Source of the DNA: Eledone cirrhosa
Lineage: Eukaryota
NCBI GenBank assembly: GCA_964016885.1
Contig: OZ024740.1
Coordinates: 336,412,001-336,476,000 of the forward strand
Direction: 5' to 3'
DNA: 64,000 nucleotides
A program made the position numbers and the translations under genes. Shown here in pieces: positions 44,174-59,423 of the stretch; the first letter of the stretch is position 1; every line of letters begins with the position of its first letter. Under the pieces are notes generated by a model. It searched no databases, was not told the origin of the DNA, and saw only the letters and a list, made by a program, of their open reading frames with translations.

Positions 44174-44663
44174 TTTTATTATCTTTTTAATGTTTTAAAC
44201 GAAATATTTTAAAATATTAACTTTCTTATCAAATAACATATTTTACAGACTTTTAAAACTATGAAATGTAAGTAAGGAAGGAAATTTTTGACGCTATCGA
44301 AATAGGTTGCCCCCTTTTTTTATAATATTTTTATTTGCTATGAATTGTAAGTGAAGAACAATATCTTAGCTACAATCGAAATAGGTTACAGTTTCTATTT
44401 TTGCTGTGAATTGTAACTATGGAAAGATATCTTTGACACAATCCAGAAATAAACAATTTAACATATGTATAAATATAGTATTCACTTATTAAACCTTTAC
44501 ATATTATATTACAGAAAAGCATTCCAAGCATGAGAATCCAGTTTTACTTGTGATTTTGATGGAGTGATCCTGTGAATTATATATTATACAAAGTCATATC
44601 TATATTTTAAAAAACAATATAAATATTGTTTCTCCTATAACATGATTCTTATTCAACAAACTG

Positions 44664-47600
44664 GCATATCAACAATATATAGACATGTCAACAATATATA
44701 CATATATCAACAATATATAGACATGTCAACAATATATAGACATATCAACAATATATAGACATATCAACAATATAAAGTCATATCGACAATATATAGTCAT
44801 ATCAACAATATATAGTCATATCAACAATATATAGTCATATCAACAATATATAGTCATATCAACAATATATAGTCATATCAACAATATATAGTCATATCAA
44901 CAATATATAGACATATCAACAATATATAGATATATCAACAATATATAAGCATATCAACAATATATAGTCATATCAACAGTATATAGTCATATCAACAATA
45001 TATAGTCATATCAACAATATATAGTCATATCAACAATATATAGACATATCAACAATATATAGTCATATCAACAATATATAGTCATATCAACAATATATAG
45101 TCATATCAACAATATATAGTCATATCAACAATATATAGTCATATCAACAATATATAGTCATATCAACAATATATAGTCATATCAACAATATATAGTCATA
45201 TCAACAATATATAGACATATCAACAATATATAGTCATATCAACAATATATAGACATATCAACAATATATATTCATATCAACAATATATAGTCATATCAAC
45301 AATATATAGACATATCAACAATATATAGTCATATAAACAATATATAGTCATATCAACAATATATAGTCATATCAACAATATATAGTCATATCAACAATAT
45401 ATAGTCATATCAACAATATATAGTCATATCAACAATATATAGACATATCAACAATATATAGTCATATCAACAATATATAGACATATCAACAATATATATT
45501 CATATCAACAATATATAGTCATATCAACAATATATAGACATATCAACAATATATAGTCATATAAACAATATATAGACATATCAACAATATAAAGTCATAT
45601 CAACAATATATAGCCATATCAACAATATATAGACATATCAACAATATATAGACATATCAACAATATATAAGCATATCAACAATATATAGTCATATCAACA
45701 ATATATAGACATATATCAACAATATATAGTCATATCAACAATATATAGACATATCAACAATATATAGTCATATCAACAATATATAGACATATCAACAATA
45801 TATAGACATATAAACAATATATAGACATATCAACAATATATAGACATATCAACAATATATAGTCATATCAACAATATATAGACATATCAACAATATATAG
45901 TCATATCAACAATATATAGTCATATCAACAATATATAGTCATATCAACAATATATAGACATATCAACAATATATAAGCATATCAACAATATATAGTCATA
46001 TCAACAATATATAGACATATATCAACAATATATAGTCATATCAACAATATATAGACATATCAACAATATATAGTCATATCAACAATATATAGACATATCA
46101 ACAATATATAGACATATAAACAATATATAGACATATCAACAATATATAGACATATCAACAATATATAGTCATATCAACAATATATAGACATATCAACAAT
46201 ATATAGTCATATCAACAATATATAGACATATCAACAATATATAGACATATCAACAGTATATAGTCATATCAACAATATATAGTCATATCAACAATATATA
46301 GACATATCAACAATATATAGACATATCAACAATATATAGTCATATCAACAATATATAGACATATCAACAATATATAGTCATATCAACAATATATAGCCAT
46401 ATCAACAATATATAGTCATATCAACAATATATAGACATATCAACAATATATAGTCATATCAACAATATATAGTCATATCAACAATATATAGACATATCAA
46501 CAATATATAGTCATATCAACAATATATAGTCATATCAACAATATATAGTCATATCAACAATATATAGTCATATCAACAATATATAGTCATATCAACAATA
46601 TATAGTCATATCAACAATATATAGACATATCAACAATATATAGTCATATCAACAATATATAGACATATCAACAATATATAGACATATGAACAATATATAG
46701 ACATATCAACAATATATAGTCATATCAACAATATATAGTCATATCAACAATATATAGTCATATCAACAATATATAGACATATCAACAATATATAGTCATA
46801 TCAACAATATATAGACATATCAACAATATATAGACATATAAACAATATATAGACATATCAACAATATATAGTCATATCAACAATATATAGCCATATCAAC
46901 AATATATAGTCATATCAACAATATATAGACATATCAACAATATATAGTCATATCAACAATATATTGACATATCAACAATATATAGACATATCAACAATAT
47001 ATAGACATATCAACAATATATAGTCATATCAACAATATATAGTCATATCAACAATATATTGACATATCAACAATATATTGACATATCAACAATATATAGA
47101 CATATCAACAATATATAGACATATCAACAATATATAGTCATATCAACAGTATATAGTCATATCAACAATATATAGACATATCAACAATATATAGTCATAT
47201 CAACAATATATAGTCATATCAACAATATATAAGCATATCAACAATATATAGTCATATCAACAATATATAGACATATCAACAATATATAGACATATCAACA
47301 ATATATAGACATATCAACAATATATAGACATATCAACAATATATAGTCATATCAACAATATATAGACATATCAACAATATATAGTCATATCAACAATATA
47401 TTGACATATCAACTATATATAAGCATATCAACAATATATAAGCATATCAACAATATATAGTCATATCAACAATATATAGACATATCAACAATATATAGTC
47501 ATATCAACAATATATAGTCATATCAACAATATATTGACATATCAACTATATATAAGCATATCAACAATATATAAGCATATCAACAATATATAGTCATATC

Positions 47601-48065
47601 AACAATATATAGACATATCAACAATATATAGACATATCAACAATATATAGACATATCAACAATATATAGACATATAAACAATATATAGACATATCAACAA
47701 TATATAGTCATATCAACAATATATAGACATATCAACAATATATAGACATATCAACAATATATAGTCATATCAACAATATATAGACATATCAACAATATAT
47801 AGTCATATCAACAATATATAGACATATCAACAATATATAGACATATCAACAATATATAGTCATATCAACAATATATAGTCATATCAACAATATCTAGACA
47901 TAACAACAATATATAGTCATATCAACAATATATAGACATATCAATAATATATAGTCATATCAACAATATATAGACATATCAACAATATATAGACATATCA
48001 ACAATATATAGTCATATCAACAATATATAGACATATCAATAATTTATAGATATATCAACAATTTA
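44664..48065. repeat. 19-bp minisatellite, ~178 units, CATATCAACAATATATAG(T/A)
   Basis: Contiguous tandem units without spacers; length/19. Confidence 0.97.
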
Positions 48066-48549
48066 TATCATTGTATCACCACTCTACCTAACCACGGTTA
48101 TTGTAGACTCACTGGTGAGTATGACCACCTTTAGCACTTCTTTCGGTTTCCCTTTGAATAAGTAATGTCCTCTACCTCGTCATGATGACGATGTCATGCG
48201 TTTCCACTATCTCCAAGCCACGCGTTTCCATGGCTATCAAGACGTGCGTCACCAACGTCCCAACAGGACTAACGAATCATATTACCGAATCGATCGAGAA
48301 GGTCCCAGGTATCTTAGCCAGTAGGGTGGAATTGGTCATATCGGACCCAGGAAACAACGCTACTATCTAGCAGCTGCAATGTGAAATAAAATGTTTTGCA
48401 TAACACATCGCCAGACTCGGGAATTGAACTCGCAAAGTCGCGATTGCGAATCCAATTTTCGAACCATTAAGCTACGCGCCTTCACATATCAACAACAAAT
48501 AATAACTTATATAATATATATATATATATTATATATATATATGATATAC

Positions 48550-48598
<49 letters not shown>

Positions 48599-48657
48599 AT
48601 ATAATCATTTCTGGTACCCCCAGAAATACATAGGTTGTCTATGATTCAAGGTGGTTC

Positions 48658-49234
48658 TAAGCAGAACAAGCAAAATTCAACCAATTTTTCAAAATAAATC
48701 AAAATTAATTTACAATTAAAATTAATCAAAATTAAAAAATATAATATAAATATTTACCTATTCAAATAGCCCTTACTGTACAGTTTCACCTTGCAAAACA
48801 TTAGATATCACATGGATATTAATGGAAAAACAAAGATCATCAGAGAAGCATTTTCCTTTCCTAGGGTTAAAAACCTCAGGAACGATAAAATATATGACCT
48901 CGTCTCCAACTGACACGAGTCTAAAGGTCGTAAAAGTGACCCGTATGTTCGCTGGTGTGAAGTGAAGGCGGGAAATCGTAGACTTGTTGTCTATAGTCGC
49001 CACTAAAAAAATAGCAGCTAGATAGAACGACAGATTTGTTCTCTACATAACGGAGATAATGAATAAAATTAATATCCATGTGATATCTAATGCTTTGCAA
49101 AGTGAAACTGTACAGTAAGGGCTATTTGAATAGGTAAATATTTATATTATATTTTTTTAATTTTGATTAATTTTAATTGTAAATTAATTTTGATTTATTG
49201 TGAAAAATTGGTTGAATTTTGCTTGTTCTGCTTA
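48658..49234. mobile_element. Fold-back cassette (~166-bp arms) with HHR
   Basis: Arms 48658-48823 / 49068-49234; (TA)n near both ends. Confidence 0.85.
48770..48847 (-). ncRNA. Type I hammerhead ribozyme
   Basis: ttct-CTGATGA-tctttg..cattaatatc catgt gatatctaatg..caaggt-GAAA-ctgtacag (palindrome)-TA-aggg. Confidence 0.7.
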
Positions 49235-49237
49235 TCT

Positions 49238-49287
<50 letters not shown>

Positions 49288-49327
49288 TCAAAATATTAAC
49301 AAAAATAGAACTTCTTGTGATCAAGTA

Positions 49328-49394
49328 TATTTTATTATACATATTTCAGAGGTACTGAGCTAACCTCAACAGTACGTCCTCATCAGATAAAATA
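49328..49394 (-). ncRNA. Type I hammerhead ribozyme (same family as 26570)
   Basis: 49284-49441 nearly identical to 26371-26528. Confidence 0.8.
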
Positions 49395-52300
49395 AGATGA
49401 TGCATGACATACCCTGACATAGTAGATGGTTAAGGTCCAGTCATGGTAGTGAGTAAGATATGACAAAACTCAATATTTATATACCTTAACATTGATACAT
49501 GAAAAAACTGACATATAATACATATAATACAGAGGGTGCGTGTAAGAAAGCTTAAAAATACATAACACCAATTTACATAACTGTTAGAGATTCAAATAAT
49601 TATTGAAGACAGAGGAAAGAAAAATAGGCAGAGAGAAAACAGATGAGGGGAAAATATAGCTAGTAGAGGTATAGAGAGCAAAAGAGAATTGATCAAGGAA
49701 AGGGAGTTAAAGAGAAATAATTATAATTATCGGAAGGGATGAATTATATATATCTATACATAACTATACATTTGGGCATAACTATGCGATAGAGTAAACT
49801 CGAATCATTGAATTATTGAATTATCTAGAAATATTCATGAATCTAAATCCTAAATATAACTGGGTGTAATTAATAAAGGTTAATTTCCTTAGTTAATTAG
49901 TTATATATACTATCCAAACGTATCCGGTTGACCGTTAACTTTCAAATCATTTAAGTTAGTTCAGAGTAATGAATTAATTAAAGTGTATAATATTTCAGGC
50001 TATAAAAGTTTATAAATATCTGTATTAATATTAAAGTATACTATCATATTTAATTTATAAAGTCATATTTTATGAATTCATATTTAAACTATTTGCAAAC
50101 ATGAGAGAGAAGACATGCTATTTTTCATCCTCTCGAAGGTAATTCTTGTTAATTTTATTATAATATATTTAATTATTTATATTATATTGAAGATAATTCG
50201 CATTATATAATTTATAAAATAATTACAGTTATAATTTTAAAAATTCAGATTAACAATTAGAATGCATTAAAGCATCAAAAGGCCTTTTAATTAAACTTAA
50301 AAAAGTTTATTATTAAATTAGATATATTCATTTGTATAAATATAAACAAAGATTATATTGTCTAAAGATTAAGGTGATACCTATCAGTTATATATAACAT
50401 AATATAATACAATAAATAAGTTGCTGATAATATTGTTAAAAATTAAGGTTTTAGATCAATTATTATAATAAGGCCATGTAACACATATATACTATAAATA
50501 TACAAGTCAAACTTCTTGAATCATACGGATAAGAATCTGATTCAAAGTAAAAAAGTGAATTGTCTGCGATCTTAAATTTTTTTATAAATTTATATAGTAG
50601 TATAATGTCTGCAAACATGAGAAAGAGAAAGCCTTAGGATTTCATTGACCCGAAGGTAACCCAAATTTAATTAAATTAAATTAAATTAAAATCGTTATAT
50701 AACTTAGAAAATTTAGAAAATATTTAGAAAATATTTAACGATTATAACACTAGAAAGTCATTAAAGTATTTAAAGTACTTATAAATGTAACTAGAAGCAT
50801 GTTATTATACTAGATATATAGATTTGTTCAAATATAAATAGAGTCTTCCAGGTATTAGTGATCGATATACATATAATAAATAATTAGTACAATCATTGTT
50901 AGTAATGTTATAATTGAAGTTTTACATCAAGTTAAGTGGAAAAAAGTTTGTCGACTAGTATGGTGTGTGCTGATATACCGTAAATATATATAAATAAAAA
51001 TATATAAATCAAAATTTCTGAATCGTAATGAATAAATATACAAAAACATAAATGCATGAATGATTTACGGTACATTATAATTGTTATGCGTATAAGCCAT
51101 ATATTAAAAAAAATATACAAGTATCCCAGTCAAAAATTAAATATATCTTAACAATCAAAAGATATGCACATTCTTCAATATATATATATATATATATAAA
51201 CATGTCAACAATATATAACATCGTATCACCAATATACAAGAACATATCAACATTGTATGACTAGTATAAAACACCTTAAAAATATTCACCTTTCTATAAA
51301 AAATCATGATTTATTTTCACATACGTGAAATTAAATTTTAAGAATATCATTGATGTCAATTTTCAAATAAAATATAAAAATATCAGATTTTGAAATACAT
51401 AAAAAATCTTGTATTTAAAAATTGAAATTCTGGAATTTATTCGTCATCTCCTTCAATAATCTCCCATTCTCCCTCCAACTAAAACAAACGACACCTACTT
51501 AAAGAGAAGAACAACAATAACACGTTTAATTTTATAGTTGCTTCGTGGTCTCTGTGAACAGTGACGAATGTTGAGGGAGTTGCGTTGACAGAGCCAATGA
51601 ACCTCGCAAGGGTCGTTCTTCCGAATGGCCTTCTCCATCCCGATCGTAGTAAGTTAGAGGGTTGACTCATGGACACAAGACGCTAAATGTTTCCACCGCT
51701 ATTGATTCGATTGAGAGGGTGACTTTATCAGCTTCCTATCTTCAGTCAGTCGGGCAACGTAGCCTGTGTCAGACATTGATTTCACCAGAAATTTTCGTTG
51801 GAGAAAGTTTTGTTGCAAGATGCTTCCCAGATAAAAAGCTTACCATATCGAAACGAGAAGTTTTTTTTTTTACTATTTACTCCGTCTAAACCTGCTGGTG
51901 CTTGTTGTAGTGAGAAATGAACCACGTCTAATATACGTTTAACGATCTCAATGACAGTGACATGTTGTGAGAAGCGACCAGCACTGAAAAACCATGACCA
52001 GACTTTCAACCGTGGACCTGAAACGACATTTGTATTGCTCGTAGATTCAAGGGTCAGACACTGAGGGAAACGTTAACAGGGAGACAGTTGCTGTCCTGCT
52101 GGGTGCCAGTTGACTATTTAGACAGGCTCCACTGTGGGACTAAGAGGCGGAAGTGAATCATGTCAGTCAGTGTTAATAAAGCAGGTACACAAAATTATCA
52201 GAGTTTTCGTTGCTATGGATGGCGTCTTATTTGTGTTGGGCAGATGGAACGTCTGTAATGGGAAGACCATGTCGGGTCTATAGGCACCTTTGTATGTTTT

Positions 52301-52689
52301 GATCCTGAGAGGTTCTGCAATGTTGTGAAGTATATTATTTAGGGCACGGCAGGAGACAAGGGTGGAAAGAAATGCCGACAATGCTAATGTAACATTGAAC
52401 CGAAGTCTGAACGTAGCATATCTCCTCCACATCCTGCCGAAAACAGATATCGAATTCAACGAGGCAGGGTATCTGAAAATAACAAATGTAGAGAGAACCT
52501 TCGACATGACGAAGTAGTTACACCTGTTCCTATCTATATTTTCAATCACCCCATTACATTATTCTTTATTTCCATTTTCCTATTACATGTTTCCATATTA
52601 TTTTTTCTGTAATATTCCTCATTTGTTTGTTTATCTTACTTTCATCCGCTATTTCTTATTTTACTTTAGTTATTTTTTCACTTTAGTAA

Positions 52690-52826
<137 letters not shown>

Positions 52827-52859
52827 TGCGTGTGTGTGTGTGTGTGAACATGTATATGC

Positions 52860-52892
<33 letters not shown>

Positions 52893-53409
52893 CATACCTA
52901 TAGATATAGATATATGTGTGAGTGTATGCATGTTTGAACGTAGATATGTACATGCAAATATATATACACGCACACACGTGCACATTAATACAAACATACA
53001 TTCATACATACGTGCATACGTACATACGTACACTAGCGATGTTATTTTTTTTGTCTTTGTAATCTGCTTGCAACAATTTCTGATTTCTGTCGGTAGATTT
53101 AATAGGCAAGTTTCGATATAAAACAACAACAGCAACAACAACAACAAAATAAATATGATTACCCTTCGGTTTTCTAATATTTAATGTAATTGACTGAAAT
53201 CTATGACAGTGCGTTGATGGTGAGTTTATTAATGTCCATCTAAACACTAGACTCCCTCCCTAGGGACCACCACTCATTAATGTTTCAACACGCAATACTA
53301 GTAAAACACTCCCGGGAGTGAGAAGGAAAACTTAACCCAACACGACACTACAATCACTTACGTCAGCACAAAACTGTGGAGATATAATACAGTTAGGTGA
53401 ATACTGCCA

Positions 53410-53662
53410 GGTGTGTGTTTTTGGTCCTGTTGCTATACGTATTGCTGTGTGCATATATGTTCTGGTGTATGTGTTGGTCTGTGTGTGTATGTGTGTGTGT
53501 GTGTGTGTTTCTGGCCCTGTTGCTATACGTGTTGCTGTGTGTGTATGTGTGGTGGTGTACGTGTTGGTCTGTGTGTGTCTGTGTATGTGTTTCTGGCCCT
53601 GTTGCTATACGTGTTGCTGTGTGTATATGTGTGCTGGTGTATGTGTTGGTCTGTATGTGTTG

Positions 53663-53732
<70 letters not shown>

Positions 53733-53802
53733 CTGGCCCTGTTGCTATACGTGTTGCTGTGTGTATATGTGTGCTGGTGTATGTGTTGGTCTGTATGTGT
53801 TG

Positions 53803-53848
<46 letters not shown>

Positions 53849-54035
53849 CTGGCCCTGTTGCTATACGTGTTGCTGTGTTTGTATGTGTGCTGTTGTACGT
53901 GTTGGTCTGTGTGTGTGTGTGTTTCTGGCCCTTTTGCTATACGTGTTGCTGTGTTTGTATGTGCGCTGGCGTACGTGTTGGTCTGTGTGTGTATGTGTGT
54001 GTGTGTTTCTGGCCCTGTTGCTATACGTGTTGCTG
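53410..54035. repeat. GT-rich minisatellite, 7 units of ~75-140 bp
   Basis: Repeated gtgtttctggccctgttgctatacgtgttgctg..gttggtctg(tg)n. Confidence 0.9.
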
Positions 54036-54291
54036 GTGTTGGTGGTGGTGGTGCTGATGTTGGTGGTGATGGTGGTGCTGCTGGTGTTGATGCTGGTGGT
54101 GATGGTGGTGATGATGGTGGTGCAGGTGCTGGTGGTGTCGGTGGTGGTACTGGTGGTAGTAGTGGTGTGATGGTGGTGATGGTGGTGCTGGTGCTGGTGT
54201 TGGTGGTGGTGTATAGCTGTTATGTGTCCTGAAATAGTGTAGGGTGCTATGTAGTGTTGTGTTAGTGTGTATTAGTTGTATGGTTAGTACT

Positions 54292-54400
54292 ATAATTGTT
54301 TCTACTTTTGGCACAAGGCCAGCAATTATCCCAGTGCATTACTGGTACTTTATTTTATTGACCCCGTAAGGATGAAAGGCAAAGTTAACCTCGGCGGGAT
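54292..54400 (-). mobile_element. 5'-truncated SINE (family A)
   Basis: Reverse complement of core plus tail. Confidence 0.8.
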
Positions 54401-54754
54401 GTTGTATAGAATGGTAGTGGTGTGGGGGTATTGTGTGGTTACAGTGTTAATGGTATATACCACCAGGTCAGTCGTGATTGGACAGACCTATGATCAAAGT
54501 TGTTTTAGCTCTAACCACCAGGTATTTTACCTATGTGCATTAAGTAATGTGTTCTTTTCTAAAACGGTTAAGTGTGAGAATTGAAAAAGATTTAGTCTCT
54601 ATTTCTAGCAAGTCGCACAACCATATAGAGGCTCTCTTGTTGATTAGTTTTGTTGGAGGGGGGGGGCTACTTCTGCTATTGCTGTTGCTGCTGCTGCTGC
54701 TGTTACTGCTGCTGCTGCTGTTGCTGCTGCTGTTGCTGATGTTACTGCTGTTAC

Positions 54755-54801
<47 letters not shown>

Positions 54802-55486
54802 ATGTTGTGTGATGGTAGCGTTGGCAGGGCGGCTTTATGAAAATTGTGATTGCTTGTGTGTGCGTATGTGTTGCAGTGTGATAGCGTGCGGCGTGTAATT
54901 TGAATGGTGAGGTTTGTATTGAGATAGTGATAGTAAAATATGGTGGTTGGCTGAATAGTGTAGGCTATAGCTGGTGCTGGGTATTGTGATGGGGGTGGTG
55001 CGAGGACTGGGTGAATAACAAGATTACAGTTGTCAAAAAACTGTAGTAATGGATAGCTTAGAATCGACAACTAATTTAATGTAAACTGAGATTGTATATA
55101 AATCTATTTTCCCCATCAACTACCTTGGCAAACAGGTTGAGCGTTGTGATAACAACTTACAACAACATATAAAATGACAGCCAAAACCATAACCACACCG
55201 ACCACAACAATAACCCCAACAACGACACCATCAACAGCAACTACAATAATAATGACAACAAAAAAACAACAATAACAACCACAACATCAACAATAATAGT
55301 AATAATGATTTATTTATTGGCTATCATTAGTGTTGTTGTTGTTATTTTGTTGATGTTGTTGTTGTTCTTGTGTTTATTATTTCATTATTAGTCACAAGGG
55401 CTCAGAGACAAAGAGGATGGTACAAAGGACATGATACAGCATTTGATTTTTTTTAAACTGTTTGGTATCATTATCATACTTACAAA

Positions 55487-55587
55487 GAGGTTAACTTTGC
55501 TTTCATCCTTACGGGGTCGATAAAATAAAGTACCAGTAATACACTGAATAATTGCTGGCCTTGTGCCAAAAGTAGAAACAATTATCA
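55487..55587 (+). mobile_element. 5'-truncated SINE (family A) with 15-bp TSD
   Basis: attatcatacttaca at 55470 and 55581. Confidence 0.85.
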
Positions 55588-55729
55588 TACTTACAGAGAG
55601 CCGCCATTTTAATAAATATCTCCATGTTCGAAAGAGCTACTATATACCAAAACTAATACAATCTGATTCGCTTCTCATTTTTCTCACAACTCAAAAACTA
55701 GCATAGGTAAAAGATTCCTTGCATTGAAG

Positions 55730-56410
55730 AACAGATACTACGCAACACTTTTTGTCTGTTTCTGAAATGCACCAAAGACGAAACACATGCACTTGAATCC
55801 ATCTATCGATGAACGTCTGCACGCATCAGATGGCTCAGATATCGAACTAGTGAGTGATTTCATGTATATGGTTTGTTACACTGACTCCGGCCGCGACATG
55901 GATGTCATGACTGCTCCGTCGAGAAGTGCGCTTCATTCTTTAAAGAGCGTGTGGGAAGCAGCCATTCACAAGGACTCAAAAGCAAAGGTGATTTTGTTCT
56001 GCATAAAAACAATCCTACTGTATGTTTCGGATTCATGGATGTTGCTGTTCGCCACAAGAGACGAGATAGGACATACACCAGAATGCCACACGTGCATACA
56101 ACATCCCCTGATGAATGACGTCATCTAATAAACAAGTCTCTGTATCTGTATGGATCCCTGCCTCGCATCTCTGATTTTGTGAAGCGTCGTCGTCTGACCC
56201 TTACCGACCATGTCACTCGCCATGATGAACCCACTGGAAGATTGCTCCTCTGGAGAGCCGAATTGGGCGGCCGAATATCCCCATAAATCAATTATCGAGG
56301 TGGACACAGGCCCCACAAGAACAAATTTTACATTCTGCAATGGTCGACCGTGAACGCTGGAGCTCAAACTTTGTCAACGCTTCACCGCCTCAAAGCATCG
56401 GATGATTCAA
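55730..56410 (+). pseudogene. Decayed RTE-clade LINE 3' region
   Basis: DGSDIELVSDFMY..LKSVW..K..ILLYVSDSW, then LYGSLPRIS..RRRL..HVTRHDEP..LLLW. Confidence 0.7.
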
Positions 56411-56687
56411 GAAGAACAACAAAAAGATTTATAGAGTAGGCCGTTCCGTTGAGAGAAGAACTGGAAAATTCTTCGTCTAAGTCGACGGGGCTTTTCACAC
56501 AGAGGAACACACATACACATACACTTGCCTAAGGTTCCATATAGTAGGACTGAACCCGAAAACACGTGTGGCGAAGAGAAATCTTTAACTACTTGTATCT
56601 CTCTTCTGTCACTCATTAGAACTCAAAACCAGCCGTAAAATCGCTCGGTATGCAAATTAGGCTAATCAGCCGATGCATACTTTAGAG

Positions 56688-57765
56688 TAGGGGTGGGCAA
56701 ACTACGACCCGCCAAAGAGTTTTGTGCGGCCCTTGGAAGCATTTAGCGAATTAATAAAAAAAATAATAATAAACAAATGTTCGTATATAATACTTAAGCC
56801 TAGACTAGATCTAGTTACATTTTTGTAACAGAGAGAGCAGAGAGACAGAGGGCAGGAGTGATCATTTTATTTCAAATAACAGGCACAACATAACAACCGT
56901 ACATGCGCAGCTGTTGACATCCGCATTTCGTTTCCACAACAACGCCGTGACATAATTTTTTTTTACCATAATAATGACTTCTGCAAAATAGCGCAAAATT
57001 GACCAAGAATATGGTGTATTCCAAGAATATTGACTACACAAGTATTTCTATACCAGTGCCGAGAATCACCGAGACATCACCAAACAAAACAAGAGGGTTT
57101 TGGTCTCAAAATATCCGATGAAGAACGGATGAAAAAGGCAATGGATTTTGTGACAAAACTGAACAAGCAAAAATTTATGTTTACAAAACTGTCGTCGCAT
57201 CATGAGTGTGCCGTAGAAGCAGGTTTTATTGTAGCATACAATCTTCCAAAAAAACAACAAATCATTCTCGGATGAAGAGTCTCTAACACAATGCATGATG
57301 GATTGCGCAAGCATTGTGTGCCCTAAAGTGAAAGGTAAATTTGGAAGCATTTCATTATCAAGACGGACTATTGTAAGAGTCATTGATATAATAAGTAACG
57401 AGTTGACACAACAGCTAGGGGCTGCTACCAAAGATTTTATGTGGTACTCTGTAGCTCTAGATGAGAGTACCGACATCCAAGACACTGCTCATTTACTCAT
57501 CTTCATTCGTGGAGTGAATGAGAATTTTCATGTCACGGAAGAGCTCCTTTCACCAGAGCCCTTGAAAAGCACAACAGGTCAGGATCTGTTTAAATGTTTG
57601 GTCAATTGTGTTGATAAAAATGCTTTATCATGGGATAAGTTGTCAAGCGTGACAACTGACGGTGCCCGGGCATTAACAGGAAAAATATGGACATGGTGAA
57701 ACTCATTGAAAATAAGATCAGAAAAGGCCATCCTAATCATGCCATGTGGTCTTTCCACTGCATTA
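56688..57765 (+). mobile_element. Truncated hAT-Charlie (GTF2IRD2/SPIN-like) transposon
   Basis: TIR taggggtgggcaaactacgacccg after 8-bp ctttagag (Charlie-type site); ISLSRRTI..YSVALDESTDIQDTAHLLIFIRGV..VTTDGARALTG; ends at the HCI motif in (TA)n. Confidence 0.85.
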
Positions 57766-57904
57766 TATATATATATAAGAATAAAGTTCACATAACTCTT
57801 TGTGGAGTCGTAGAGGCACCGTAAAACGGCGTATCTAGGGCACTTTTAAACCTGGTGGAGCCTAACCCTTTCCAGGTCTGAACACAGCCGATTTTTTTCT
57901 ATAG

Positions 57905-58005
57905 AAAAAGAATCGACCCCAATAGTGGACTGGTACGTTTTTTTATTATCGACCTCGAAAGGGTGAAAGGCAAAGTTGACCACGGTGGGATTTGATCTCA
58001 GTGCG
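57905..58005 (-). mobile_element. SINE fragment (family A)
   Basis: ttatcgacctcgaaagggtgaaaggcaaagttgacc.cggtgggatttga. Confidence 0.7.
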
Positions 58006-58007
58006 CG

Positions 58008-58080
<73 letters not shown>

Positions 58081-58389
58081 AATATCTTTAAGTCGTTTGG
58101 AAGCCTCGACAATGCAAATGGGTAAATCTCCGGGTAACAAGATCCAGTGGTGGAGAGAGAGATGTAAGTGGGTGTACGTTGAGATGCGTGGTGTGTATAA
58201 GACGTGTAGAGGAATGAAGGAAAGAGTATAAAGGATAAAATTAAAATAACAACACGAGAGAGAGTTACCATGGGAGAGATTTAATTGTCCCTATATATTT
58301 CGGATTCACATCCATCAACTGAGGGTTTTTTCCGGGGCGGGGGAAAACGACTTAAAGATATTTACCTATTATTCCACAATGCTTCAATA

Positions 58390-59410
<1,021 letters not shown>

Positions 59411-59423
59411 TATATATATATAT

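Noticed and set aside
44664-48065. CRISPR-like array
   Set aside because: Units are contiguous with no unique spacers, there are no cas genes, and the context is eukaryotic
53410-54232. Cys/Val-rich protein ORFs or a repeat-spacer array
   Set aside because: GT-rich minisatellite open in all three frames; the 'spacers' are only (TG)n length variants
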